From the NCBI GenBank assembly GCA_001949185.1, contig BDGG01000013.1, positions 434,001 to 498,000 on the forward strand: a stretch of DNA of 64,000 nucleotides. Direction: 5' to 3'. This stretch comes from Ramazzottius varieornatus (taxonomy: Eukaryota; Animalia; Tardigrada). The notes under the pieces were generated by a model that made no database searches, was not told where the DNA came from, and saw only the letters and a program-made list of their open reading frames with translations. This document shows, in pieces, positions 25,620-37,769 of this stretch (positions are counted from its first letter, which is position 1; each line of letters starts with the position of its first letter). The position numbers were made by a program, and so were the translations under genes.

Positions 25620-28600
25620 TCAGATGCCATCGGCTTTGCCACTGAAACTCGACTCGGGCATCACGTAACTGATATCGTCCCACGGGTGACGGTAGAGACC
25701 TTGCTTCAGACGACGTTGATCCAAGTAATGACCTAAGAGGGAACATTCTTAGAAATGACCTAAGAGGGCGCAAATACAGCACATTTTTCAAATCAGAACA
25801 CGCCTTCCGATTTTCGCAGAACTGCTTTTTTCCGAGTCGAGTCCAGTCAAATTTTAAACGATTTGACAATCACCCATTTCTTTCACGCAGGTTTAATAGA
25901 TATTTATTTTTACCAATGAAGCCCATGCTGCGTCCGAGCACGAAGATGCCGTTGAGGATTCCAATCTCGACATACTCGTCAGCTTCTTCGCGGGTAAAGC
26001 AGCCCGACGAGCGGAAGAGGTCCAGGAAAGAGCACGCGATGAAGCCATCGACGTTGAGGATCAGGTTAGGCTTCTTCTTTGTCGTGATCTTCTCGACCTC
26101 AAAGGCGTAGTCCAGGATGGGCGAAGCCGGGAAGTTCTTCTTGACATAATCGTGGAGAAGGACGATCCTCATATCCGGATTGTTAATCTACGAAAATCGT
26201 AAAATATAAAATAGTTCTTTTTATTCTTAAAAACTTCGTATGGCATCGATTCTGCTTACGGATTTGACCCGATGGCCGATACCCATAATGGTCTGGCCAC
26301 GTTTCTTCGTCTCGTTGACGAAGTCCATCGGTGACTGCCCACTATCGTACGCCTGTCCAAACATCCTCGCGGCATCGTCCAAAGCTCCACCGAAACGATC
26401 TCCCTAAAACACAGCAAGTTCAAACAAAAGTGTACTTTCAAGAAAGCCTTCTTAGACCTCGCAGAGCTGCATCAGTCGTGTACCTGCATACACCTATTCC
26501 ATGGTCAGTGCTTGACCAAGTGTATGCAGGAGCTCGAAAGTACCTTATACCGCCTCTGCAAGAACCTGCATACACAGCCAACGTGAAAAATGCAGTTCAT
26601 GGTCTACGCAGGTACCCAACAGTCGTTCATACAAGCGCTATATGAACCTGCATACATACTTAATATGCAAAACGTGTTGCACAGTGTATGCAGGTGGATG
26701 TGAAACGAACAAAGTGTTGCAGGACGTCACTTACGATGGTGAGAAGACCCGAGCACAGACTGGACACCAGATCTTTTCCAGCTCGTGCCGTGACGATGGT
26801 GTTGTGTGCTCCACTGACAGCCGGACCGTGGTCAGCTGTGACGATCAGACACATCTCCAGGAACTTGCCGGCATAGGGTGGCAGTCGGCGCTGAAACCAC
26901 AGCAGACTCAGGACGCCACCCACCCCCATATCCTCCCTCAGGATCTCCGAGATGGGAATGCCAGCGTACAGCAGCTCCTGACCACGTTCATCGCAGATGC
27001 TGGTCATGAAGGAGGCCGGTTTCCGGATCAAACCCAACTCACGCGCCCAGGCATAGTCCATGGGCACTGGTGGCGGTGGCAGATCGGGACCGGGGACGAT
27101 GGCACCGCTGGCCACCAAACTCTGATACACATCCCTAGAAAAGGCAGCTCAGTTATTCCCCACATATGGAAGCTCGGCAAACAAACTCGATCAGATTGTT
27201 TTCCCAACTGGTGCACACTGTCAGCAAATAAAACAGGGAACCTGCGCCACTCAGGATCTCAACAAGATCTTTCTTCCAAGTAGCGCACACTTCTGGTTAA
27301 TATCACTGACAGCATGCGTCACTTGGAAAAACGACCTAGTCGAGCTTTTTGTCAAGCTTCCATATCATTCAAAAAACAGATTATTAAAAAATTCTTCTTT
27401 GCTCGAAACAGTTTCGAAATGCGGAGTTCTCATACCTGATATTGTCACCGAGTTCGTCAAAGGACCGTGGTACAACCGCTCCCGCTTCCCTTAACGCCCT
27501 GTTCTTCTCGACCGACGTCTCCCTTTCGGCATTAGCGCATGCGCCAGCGTGACCAAACTGCACTTCGGAACTGAACATGGAAGCACAGGTACCAATGCAC
27601 CATGCCACCACGGGTTTGGAGATCTTTCCACTCCTGCAATGATCACAAAATTATTGAGGATCAGCCTCATAGAAACCAACAAGAACTTACCTGATGGCTT
27701 CGCAGATCTCGTACTCTTCAACACCACCAACTTCGCCCAGCAAGACGATCATCTTGATCTCTGGGTCCAGCTGGTAGCGCCGCATGTGGTCGATGAAGGT
27801 GGTGCCGGGGTAACGATCACCACCAATGGCGATACCCTCATAGACACCGTTTGAGGCGCGGGAAATGATATTGTTCAGCTCATTGGACATACCTCCCGAC
27901 CTCGACACGTAGGCCACACTAAAAGAGAAGAAACATCAATTATCAGTAACAACTCACAGTCCTGAGACAGAACTCATGGTTCTTCCATCTGCATACATCA
28001 CATCTCATGGTTACGGTAACGACCCTGTATGCAGGTTCGTCACGGTTTCCTCCCAACCACCTGCATGCAACGCTAATAGGCGCTTTTCACGGCAACGAAG
28101 TATACAGGTGGGTACAAAACTCGAACATTCCGTTTGTAGATGCCGAATAAAAAAAGAGAACTGTTTCTGGATAGATTGTGGAGTTCGAGTACCTGCCAGG
28201 TCTGAAGAGCTTGGAAGATAGGATGTTGTCCAACATACCACCGGTATTGCCAATCTTGAAGCATCCCGGCTTGATACCTCCAACGGTAGCAGGACCGATG
28301 ATACTGACGCCCTTCTCGTCTGCTACCTTGTTCATGTGACGAGTGAGGTTTTCGGGGATACCTTCGGCGATGATAGCGATTGTTCGGATCTGCGGGAACG
28401 CCATGACTTCCAGAGTGGAATCATAGGCCGAACGCATGGAGGCAAAGTTGATCACCACATCGACGTCGGGATGGTTCTTCATGCCTTCACTTAAATTCTT
28501 GTACACTGCAAAAGAAACTATCAGCATTCTGCTTAGACGAACAAACTGGATAAGATCGTTTCCTGAGTGACGCCCCCTTTTGCGCTGTCTTAGCCAACAG

Positions 28601-31600
28601 CATGCGTCATTGGGAAAAATGATTTTACCGAGATTTGCCAAGTGGCACACTTTTATATTGCTTTTAGCTGGTGGTATGCGCCACTCAAACAATAATCCTG
28701 TTGAGTTCTTTGCCAAGCTCCATGTTTTGCTTACCGGGAAGAAGGACTTCTTTGTGGCCCCAGTAGAACTTCTGCTTGTGATTACCAACAAACGGATAGA
28801 CCATGCAAGCCACTGAGGGTTCTCTGCGAGAGCACACAAAGTCAAAGTCCAGCATTTCTTGCACAGCTTTGGGCTGCATGCCCCAGATCATGGACTTGGT
28901 GGTCTTGCTGAACAGCACGTAGTCTCGCGGGTGGACGCCGTCACCGTTGATCAAGCCTAGCGTCTTGCCTACCAGGGTTCCCATCTTCGAGAAAAAGGGC
29001 GATTCTTCCTTGGAAAGGTTCGTCGAGGAACTACTTCGAGACTTTATTTCAGGCGTCTCATTTCCACTCTGAAAAACGATGAACAAAGCTGGCTCTATCA
29101 AGGATCAAACATCTTCAAGCTTTTTCGACCCTTCTTTACAAGATGCACAGTATGAAAGTTTTCAATTCGAAAGCGCACCACTTGAGACAGTGCTTCTATT
29201 CCTCGCTCAAGTGGCGCACATCATTGAACTATCAATCGAAAAATGCGCTACTTTGGCAAGGTAAAAACGCCCATTGTGAGCGGCGCACCCCGGCGAGCAT
29301 TCAATGCGGTGAATACGTCGCTTGTTAAAGATTGATTTTGTTCAGTTATTTCGTCGGATTAGTTTTGGAAGGCAGTCCTTTTTTCTTACAAGGAATGTTT
29401 CTTACAATGCCACCCGGGAGAAGGAAGTTTGCTGTGGTGGTAGTTGGCGGAGCCGGTGCGGGGCTTGTCTTGTACTTGAGAGCATAGGCCACGACAGCAG
29501 TCATGTGCGTCTCGGGTCCATACACATGGATGGGAATGCCCAGTTCTTGACCTACAAACCATTCGGGAAACTCATTAGTTATTACATAATACTGTAACTG
29601 ACATGATGATTAGTGGACTCAGAGCCCGGAGGGCATGACGAACTGCAACATACCTGTCTCCCTCATAACCCGCAGGCCTTCTTGGTAGTTTGGTCCACCA
29701 CGTCGCACGTAGATGGTGATGTTGTGCTCGATAATGGGAACCTTGTATTCCTTCAAAGCTTGCACGATTCCCTGAGAAAGCAATACATCAAGTCAATGCA
29801 AAAATCGGAACAAGTAAGAACTGTTTCGGCTGGAGAAAAGAAAATTATCCTTACTCCGAAAGTGGCTGCGACGTTCGTGAAGTTAGCAATACCGCCACCG
29901 ATGATCAGGACTTTTCCTTCGGGATGATGCTCTTTGGTCATCAGCGCCAAGATTGTCTTCGCGTACTCGTAGGTTTGATGCTCGGTGGGAGCTCCAGAGT
30001 ACTCACCATAGTTGGCCAGTTCGCTACTTCCGCCTGCAAAACAGAAATTCAGCGACCATACCAAACAAACTCGACAGAATGCTTTTCCCAAGTGGTCCAC
30101 TTCTCTGATGTTATCATCTACAATGCGTGCGCCAGTTGGGATTTGAGAATAGAAACTTGACAAAATGGTTTTCCGAACTAGCGCACGGCCTCAGTGTTAC
30201 TAAGTGCCAGCGTGCGTCACTTGGGAAAACATACTTTTCGAGATCCTCTGCCGAGCTCTCTGATACAGTTTTTCTGTCGTTTTGCGCGCCCCTACCTAGG
30301 TCGCAGATGGTGTCGGCATAGATGACAGACGCGCCACCACCAGCCACCATGGTCCAGATGCGGCCCTTAGCGTTTAGGACTGTCAGCTTCAGCGAAGCGC
30401 CAGACTTGGCGTCCAAGTCGGCGATGAAGGCTTCTTCAGGTAAGGCGTCACGGCCGAATGGCGGAGGAAAGTCGATCTTGCCCCACTTAGAATGTGCCAG
30501 GAAATCAGCGGTGGCGTCCAGCTTGGCAGCCAGATCGAGAACGTGAACCTTGCCATTGGTCACCACTGCAAAAAGAAATCAATTAAACTAGGTGTTTGGT
30601 TATCAGGATAAACTTCGCCGGCCAAACTTTGTCCGAATCCTGGGCGCAGATCGAGGAAAAAGTCAGAGGGTTTGACATACCGAGAGGATTTATTTCGAGG
30701 TATGTGAAGTAAAGTTCAACATAGAAAGTATAGATTCCCAGGATGAAGTCGCCAAGAATTCTGTAAATCACCCCACGGGCTTAATTATAAGCTGGCAGAT
30801 TCGAGACCGGCTAGGGGTTATGGAGGAGATTTTCTTACGATTGGTTGGCCGGTGGGACGTTTTTCAGGAGCGCCGTCTTGATATCGGCAAGCGTGGGTCT
30901 CTGATCGACGGCCACTTCCAAGCGTGAAGCCTTGGAGTCAACGTCGCCGACATCGACGCCGCCTTCCGTCGTGAACAAGATGGTATCGCCATGTCGGTGT
31001 GACAGTATGGCCAAGTAGTACTCTTCTTCCTGCAACAGTGGAAATCGTTCAACGGACTTTAGATATCAGCCGAGAAAACTCACGTACCGGAGCATGTGCC
31101 ACGAATGGCTCGATGATAAAGTTGCGTAACTTCCCATGGGCCTTCCCCACTTGAAATTCCTTCCCTCTTCGATGCGCGATCCAGTCTCTGACGGCTAGAA
31201 GTTCCGAGTTGACTTGAATCAGGCCGAGCTTCCCGCGACGCTTGATCAACTGGTCGGGTTTCACCACCAATTTCTACAAGGAAGACATTCTAACCAATCA
31301 ACAATCAAAGGCAACTGGAATGTATCATTTCGTTCGATTCGACGCGACCGAATCAACAATCAACCAGACCCGCGAAGTGAATGAAAATAAGTGCCTGATT
31401 CGATCAGATGGCGCATTGTTGAGCAATCAGCAGGTGGTTATGACGTCACGGATACTAAGCAGCTGGATGAGGTCACCGGTTTTGGCTCGTTAAGCTGAAG
31501 TGCGCCACTCTGTCGAGCCAGTGGTCGATGTGCATGTTCTAGTCTTCTACACTTAAAATCGATGCCACATCAGCTGTATAAACGTAACTTAATTTTCTTG

Positions 31601-32095
31601 GTAAATAAGAAGAGCGCTGGACGGGAAGAGGAGAGGGAAAGTAACAAGTATTGAGGATCAATACGGGAATTACTCAAACTGATCGCTTGACTGGGTAATG
31701 TGGAAGGACGTGCGCCGTCTCGGGAGACATGACGACGAGGCTCGACACTCGAGCTACCGAGGAGATTTAAATCATTAACGAGCCTTGTTCTGCCTTTGGG
31801 AGCCAAATCCTCAGGCAAACTTCCCAGTTTACACAAGCAATTTGCAGGCACAAAATCGATGGCGGCGGGAAGCCAAGCGAAAAAGCTGGAGAGAGTTGGC
31901 TGCTATAAGTTGAGAGATTTCTGGATGGATACTTGCCTCAGCTGCTAGCCAGGGATGTTCTTCCGATAATCGATCAAGATTCGTCTGCTCATTAACCGCC
32001 ACATAACGGGGCTTGGCGAAGACGTCAGATACAATCGATAAATGTTTGACCAAAAGAGATTTCCCAGTGGCTTCCGAAATGGCTTTGGCGCTCAT
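25620..32095 (-). CDS. ACLY: ATP-citrate lyase (single-chain animal type); coding exons 32095-31937, 31273-31088, 31029-30839, 30760-30681, 30565-30296, 30033-29855, 29771-29654, 29551-29406, 29068-28735, 28505-28193, 27919-27691, 27633-27436, 27134-26735, 26403-26260, 26187-25914, 25732-25620
   Basis: [75 protein letters not shown] (phospho-His), [12 protein letters not shown] and [22 protein letters not shown] all in order; junction phases are compatible. Probable non-coding first exon near 32485. Confidence 0.97.
26480..26700. repeat. Intronic array of ACCTGCATACA in alternating orientation, 82-nt period
   Basis: Forward motifs at 26482, 26564, 26646; reverse (TGTATGCAGG-like) at ~26521, ~26603, ~26686; related array at 27986-28112. 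Confidence 0.75.
27205..27325. repeat. CAAGTGGCGCAC-N25 family, 2 units, ACLY intron
   Basis: F 27205, R 27242, F 27277, R 27314; both spacers 25 nt. Confidence 0.8.
27986..28112. repeat. Second ACCTGCATACA alternating-orientation array, ACLY intron
   Basis: CATCTGCATACA, TGTATGCAGGTT, ACCTGCATGCA, GTATACAGGTGG at ~35-40 nt steps. Confidence 0.6.
28564..28687. repeat. CAAGTGGCGCAC-N25 family, 2 units, ACLY intron
   Basis: Degenerate first unit 28564-28613; F 28639 and R 28676 with 25-nt spacer. Confidence 0.75.
29139..29290. repeat. CAAGTGGCGCAC-N25 family, degenerate array, ACLY intron
   Basis: R 29173 GCGCACCACTTG, perfect F 29208, degenerate R 29243, F ~29277. Confidence 0.7.
30089..30223. 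repeat. CAAGTGGCGCAC-N25 family, 2 units, ACLY intron
   Basis: F 30089, R 30127 (26 nt); F ~30175, R 30212 (25 nt). Confidence 0.75.
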
Positions 32096-33648
32096 GGCGA
32101 GTCAATTTCTGCAACAAAACAAAGCAAATTATTTTCCACGTCCACAGAATCGAACCAATCCTGGTCGCTTTTTTCCTCGAGGGTCAACAGCTTCTCTATT
32201 CCTCCCTGAAAAACATTTTGCAACGAGAAATACCGCAACGGAGCAGCTTAAGATAGCTGTCTTGGAATATCGCTCTGCAAAAAAGTTATTCCGGCACTAG
32301 CAAAAATATTCACTCTCGAACTCCAGATCCACTACTTTCTCACCGCTCGCCACCCAACGCATCCCCGGACTCAGTAAGAGCATTAGAAATTTTGGAACGA
32401 AAGTATGCAAGTTTTGTTCTAGAGAAAAGCGAAGAGGATAAAGATGCGTCGGAGTATTTGGGAATCAAAAGTTTTAAAACTTACCGTGGTGGAAATCGGA
32501 GATCAGTCTACGTCCACGTCCACAGCGCAACGACGTCACTGGTCAAACTGAACAGCTGATCGCTCTTCCGGTAAGTAAGCAACTTCCTACTCGGATTGCA
32601 CAGTGTGGTAGGTGTTACCCCGACTGGATGCGCAAGGACTGATAAATATCTGCGCCGACTGTAGATATCGATCAGCACACACGGTAGCAGCTGACTTAAT
32701 CTCGTTCGCTACCGCATAATCCGGGAAGAACTGTTGCACGTAGCGATTTCTGATGCGGTCCGTTCTCGAAGCGCTAGCTGAACAAGCAGAGCATAAACTT
32801 GAAGAGCTGATGAAACTACCGCTGGCAAAGTGAAATGTCTTGCCATCACTCGCTCGGAGGCACCGCGTGAATCAACGGCGAAAGACTGAGCAATCGACCG
32901 GCGGAGATGAACTTGTAGTACGTACTCTATTGACAGTGGCTAAGACATTGCTCAATCGCCGATCGAAGTAAAGCAAGTACTGACAAACCGGAAACGGATC
33001 ACGGGCTTGAGGTAACTGAAACTGATACGACTTGTCACGAGAAACGAACACCGCGTTGAGCAATGAACACCGTAGTACTGTAGCAGTACGCGGGACGTCA
33101 AAGAAGAGGCGAACAAAGATAAGGGCGGTGTTTTTCTGTTTCTCTGAGAGTGATTATCCGAATTAGTTCACTCTTTCAAACTTCTGAACGATTCGCAAAG
33201 CGCAATACCACGCATAATCTACCCACGAAACTCAACAAGATTGTTTACACAGGTGGAGGACGCTCCAGCTGTTGTTGGCTGCAACCGTGCGCCGCTTCGA
33301 AAAAGCGAACTTGTCGAGCTTGTTCGCCGATCGTCAACCTCAAATTACACATTATACAGTATTATTTCCATTCAGTCTTTCCCTTTCGAATATCTGTCCC
33401 TCGTCCATATGATCGACGTAGATATATCCGTCCGCGGATCTAGATGGTCTGCGAGGTTTCGGGGAGGGGTTATCGGTCGCCGGGGAAGACACCTCGTAGA
33501 TGTGGAACCGAATGTTCCCTACATTAGCTCCTAGTACGATCCATGCTCGAACTTGTGGTTTCTCAGATAGCCGAAGAAATTTACTGGATATATCGATAGC
33601 TAAAGCTCTTCCCGAAGTGACTACCAGCTCTATGGCTGGTTCGTCCAA

Positions 33649-33805
33649 TACACGTACTCCGCCTAATTATGGGAATGGACAGAATTTGGGCACCTGCCGA
33701 AAGCCGCAGCATTCCGAATTGTTGGGTTGGTTTTGGCTGGCCCCTTGCGCTTTTGACCGGTGCCCAGAATTTTGTCCATCCCCATAATTAGGTAAAGTAC
33801 GTGTA
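33649..33805. mobile_element. Short fold-back MITE (~155 bp), TA-flanked, Tc1/mariner type
   Basis: TA-CACGTACTCCGCCTAATTATGGGAATGGACAGAATT...AATTTTGTCCATCCCCATAATTAGGTAAAGTACGTG-TA. Confidence 0.85.
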
Positions 33806-35214
33806 CTAGCAGATGAAACGTTGAACTAAAACTGAAGGATATTTGAGCAGTGTCTAGCCTGTGCTAGCCTCAAGCCCAGCTCTTGCCCATTGTCCAGATG
33901 TAGCACACGTACGACGAGAAATCATGAGACAGTAAAACTATGGGACTTACGGAAAGGACTGCAAACGGAAATTCGACCGCAGAAAAGTGTCGAAAAGTGT
34001 ACACGAACGACGGGATATTATGGGCCAGTAAAATTACGGGCCAGGCGGAAAAGAGTCAGTTTTACAATCTGCATGGAAATCGGAACAGAAATGACATAAC
34101 GTTGTGAAATTCAATCGCAGAAAATTGTTATGGACAGCGGCCATCAGCTGATCAGCTGTTTTAGTCTAACGCTTCAACGCTGCTGTCGACTTCTTCCCGG
34201 AGAAGCCATGGACTAGCTTGAACTGTTGAGGGTGTGCATGTTCCGGTAAAATGGAAATCTAACCTATTTAACGAATATGACCAGCGTTAGCTCTTCCGCT
34301 CAGTATCCAGGACCAGCCATGGCGCTGCGCAATAGCCAATGTGGCGAAAAATTGGTTCCCGTATGTAGTGTCCGTCATGTAACCATCGGCTCGTAACGGG
34401 GTCGGTCAAGTCAAGAGAATCCGGCTTCGCCTACAATGTCCTACATAACGGCTCAGTGGGTGCAGCGTACGTACACGGCTAACGCACCGGCTTCAGAGGT
34501 CGGCTAAGGACCTGACTTGGCCTGGGAATGTAATTCTGTAATTTCAAATTTATCAATTAATTGAATTGTTTTCTTGAATCAGTCTTTTCAAAGTACCATA
34601 TACGAAAACCACATTAAAACACAGGCCGAAATTTCCACAATATCATTCGACAGCTACATTCAGCCTAAACAAGATCTTATGAGAGGATAAGTGTGGATCA
34701 TCTCCAAATCCAGCGACTTCGGAAACAAAAGAAAGCGCACCTCTGAAATCGAAACTCAATTGCAAATAGAGAAATTTTCCAAATTTTGCTTCAAAAGACA
34801 TTCAAGGCTTACTTTCGTTGACATGGAGAAAGCACGACAAACACAAAGCGAATTAGTTAACTGATCACACGCACGATCCGAACCACAAATGATGCGTGCC
34901 GCAAGTTACGCATCTGGTTCTGATGGGGTTCGGAACATGCACGGATAGCGACTATTCAACCGCCTTGGTTGTTGTTCCGGTCATTGGGCGTCTGATTAAG
35001 TAGCATTGTCCCGTTTAAATTTAAAATACATCTTGATTGAATAGAACGGCTGCACGTCTGTACTGGGGCCTGATTCATGCGTATGACTCCATTCGGAAAC
35101 ACACATTACGAAAATCAGAGATCTTATCAGCTGATCCTCCCCGGTAGCGGAATAACCGAGAGGCAATCTCAACTTTGTAGAACGGCCATTCGATAGCTCT
35201 TCGAGCTGTTTGGA

Positions 35215-35523
35215 CTATAGAAGGCTCGGCGAAGCTATAACAATCCGCTTTAGCCGTTCTTAGCCGTGGCTAAAAATATATTTCAGCCGTGGCTAAAGCA
35301 GCTAAAACACTTTTAGCCAAGGCTAAAAGTATTGTGCGTTTGATTGATTTCTTGATGTCGAGTCGGCCATGATAGCGTTGGCATCAATCAATCATTCGAA
35401 CGCACGATACATTCTAGCCGTGGCTAAAAGTATTTCAGCTGCTTTAGCCGCGGCTCAAATATTTTTAGCCACGGCTAAGAACGGCTAAACGGCTTGTGTT
35501 AGTTCGCGCCGAGCCTTGTATAG
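35215..35523. mobile_element. Near-fully palindromic fold-back element (~309 bp) with TAGCCGTGGCTA subrepeats
   Basis: CTATAGAAGGCTCGGCG...CGCCGAGCCTTGTATAG; arms pair over roughly 140 bp. Confidence 0.88.
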
Positions 35524-36640
35524 TTTGAACATTCAAAGCCAATCTGGGCTTACGAGGTCTGCAGGAGGTTCACCGTGTGGAGAGTCTTGGGGTCTATCGT
35601 TGGTGAAACAGAGCTTAGACTACTAGAGCAGCGTCCATCGGTCCTCGGAAGCGCCGGGCGCAAGAGAAAACGTGGTATTGGAATCGTGCTGGTCCATCTC
35701 AGCTCACTCGCTTCCCGTGTTTGTTCGAAGCGCGTTGCGAAAAAAGCGCACATCGCTACACATTTCTGCGTTTAACTACTCAGTTAGCGTCTTGCGCTTG
35801 AATTTGTTTCACCGTTGCTGTTTTGAGCCTATGGGCATGAGTTCAGAACCCGAATAATTGTACTTGGTCGTGTAGCAAATAGTAAAATTTCGGGATGATC
35901 CCGTTTTTTCCAACTCCCACCCAACTTTGCATTCTAAGCACTCCTGTTCGGATCTTTCTGGTCAGTTGTTTTGCCTTGGAAGTTGTGCGGTATTTCCGGT
36001 GCCAGCTTACCTGTTTCGTAATGAATAATACACGAACGATGGATAATTATGGGCAGTATAAATTTTAGGACAGGCTTTTTCGCCACCGTGGTATGAAAGC
36101 ACGTACCTAGACGACCGATTCACACTAGTGTACTTTTCAACCTTTTTCTATGGTTGCAGTTTCATTTTACCGTCTTTCCCGCCTGTCCCGTAACTTTACT
36201 GTCCTTAATTAACCATCATGGGTGTACAGCGCAATGAAAGCATTAGAGGAAGAATATAAAGGTATACACAACCTGAAGCGTGAAGCGTGGTGAGAGCGTG
36301 GCAACTGACGTAAAGTATTTGTGGAAAAACTGAACTGCAGCTACTATAATGTCATACGATATCTCGCGCATGCTCGGACTGTGTAGTTACAATCAGCAGC
36401 CAAGGTAGACGCACGCCCTTATAGACCGAAGAAGCAAAGTGCCACGCGACCCAACATGAATCAGTACGAAAAACGAAAAAAGCGAGTCACGCCAGAAAGC
36501 GCTACCGCTTCTCGAGACCTGGAAGTTAGTGGTTCGACTCATGTTTTTATAGTTTTCATATTTTTATATCTATTACTAGTATTGATTGTGATTCCCACCC
36601 AAATTAGCGTTCCCGGTCTTCCCAGGCAGACGCTCCCGAT

Positions 36641-37769
36641 TAGCGCTGGCAGAAATACGATAAAATTCGATACGATATTTTTCGATACAATATCGACGGA
36701 TATTTTATCGCGGTCTTCGATATTCATTCGATATCGGTGTTTCGATACGATATTTTCCCGATACCGTATGTTCGATATATCGTATCATATCGCAGCGATA
36801 CATAGATATTTCTGGAATTTTAGTTTTTCGGAATTCTACTGGTTCAAGCCCAAAAACTCGAGAAGTCGATTTCCAAATGAAGTATTAGTAAGATCGATAG
36901 CGTCGGATGCAGTAAAGACATGACTATACCGAGACTTCAGACACATGGAAACTTGGACAGAATTAGTACCAGAACCGAATGGGCAGAGTGTGCTCGGTAC
37001 ACCATGGTCGAAATTAGAGTAGGGAACCGCTCAACTTTTCCTTGGCGGAAACCAGAATTTCACAAAGTTTTCTTGTCCACGCTGGACTGTGCGGAATAAT
37101 TTTTGGTAATCTCAAGGCGAAAGCGGGCGGTAACCCTTTAACGCCGACGCAAAAGCGGAAGTGAGCGGTACTTCAGGCAAGGTTAACGAGTCTGAATTCA
37201 GAAGCAACTACTATGGAAGAAACATGAATTCGCGAATCTAAGGAATACATTGCTGAAATTGCGTTTATAGCATTCAACTCATGGATGTTACAGTACAAAA
37301 AACCCAACTGTACATACGACAACAGTTTCCTGTGGTTGCCTATCATATAGATTGTTCGCAGTGTGACGCAACAACGTTTACTTTTAAACATTTATCGTAA
37401 TTATCATCGACGCGGGGCGGGCGGAAAACAGTCACATCAAATACTAAGCGAGTCCAAGCGGTAACAATTTCAGCAGATTCCAGGGCCGCCGCGTGGACCC
37501 GCCGCGCGTTCCAATTCCCTACTCTAGTCGAAATCAAGTTTTGAAATCGACCATGGTCTTCCGTAAACGGAGAGTTTGCCATTCGGCACAATAACGATAT
37601 ATCGAAAATATACCGATATGGCGCGAGACGATATCGCCGAATATTTTACTGCGTTATTAGATATGAGCTTCATATCGATTTTTTTGACACGATATCTGCC
37701 GTACGTTTTATCGCAAAGATTCGATATATTTCGATACGATATCGGTATACCGTATCGTTGCCAGCACTA
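36641..37769. mobile_element. Non-autonomous hAT-like element (1.13 kb) with CGATA/GATAT-rich subterminal repeats
   Basis: TIR TAGCGCTGGCA / TGCCAGCACTA; degenerate 8-bp TSD CTCCCGAT vs TTCCCGGT (6/8); dense CGATAT/TATCG motifs at both ends. Confidence 0.75.

Noticed and set aside
26331-27854. Plus-strand ORFs over ACLY
   Set aside because: Antisense shadows of ACLY exons.
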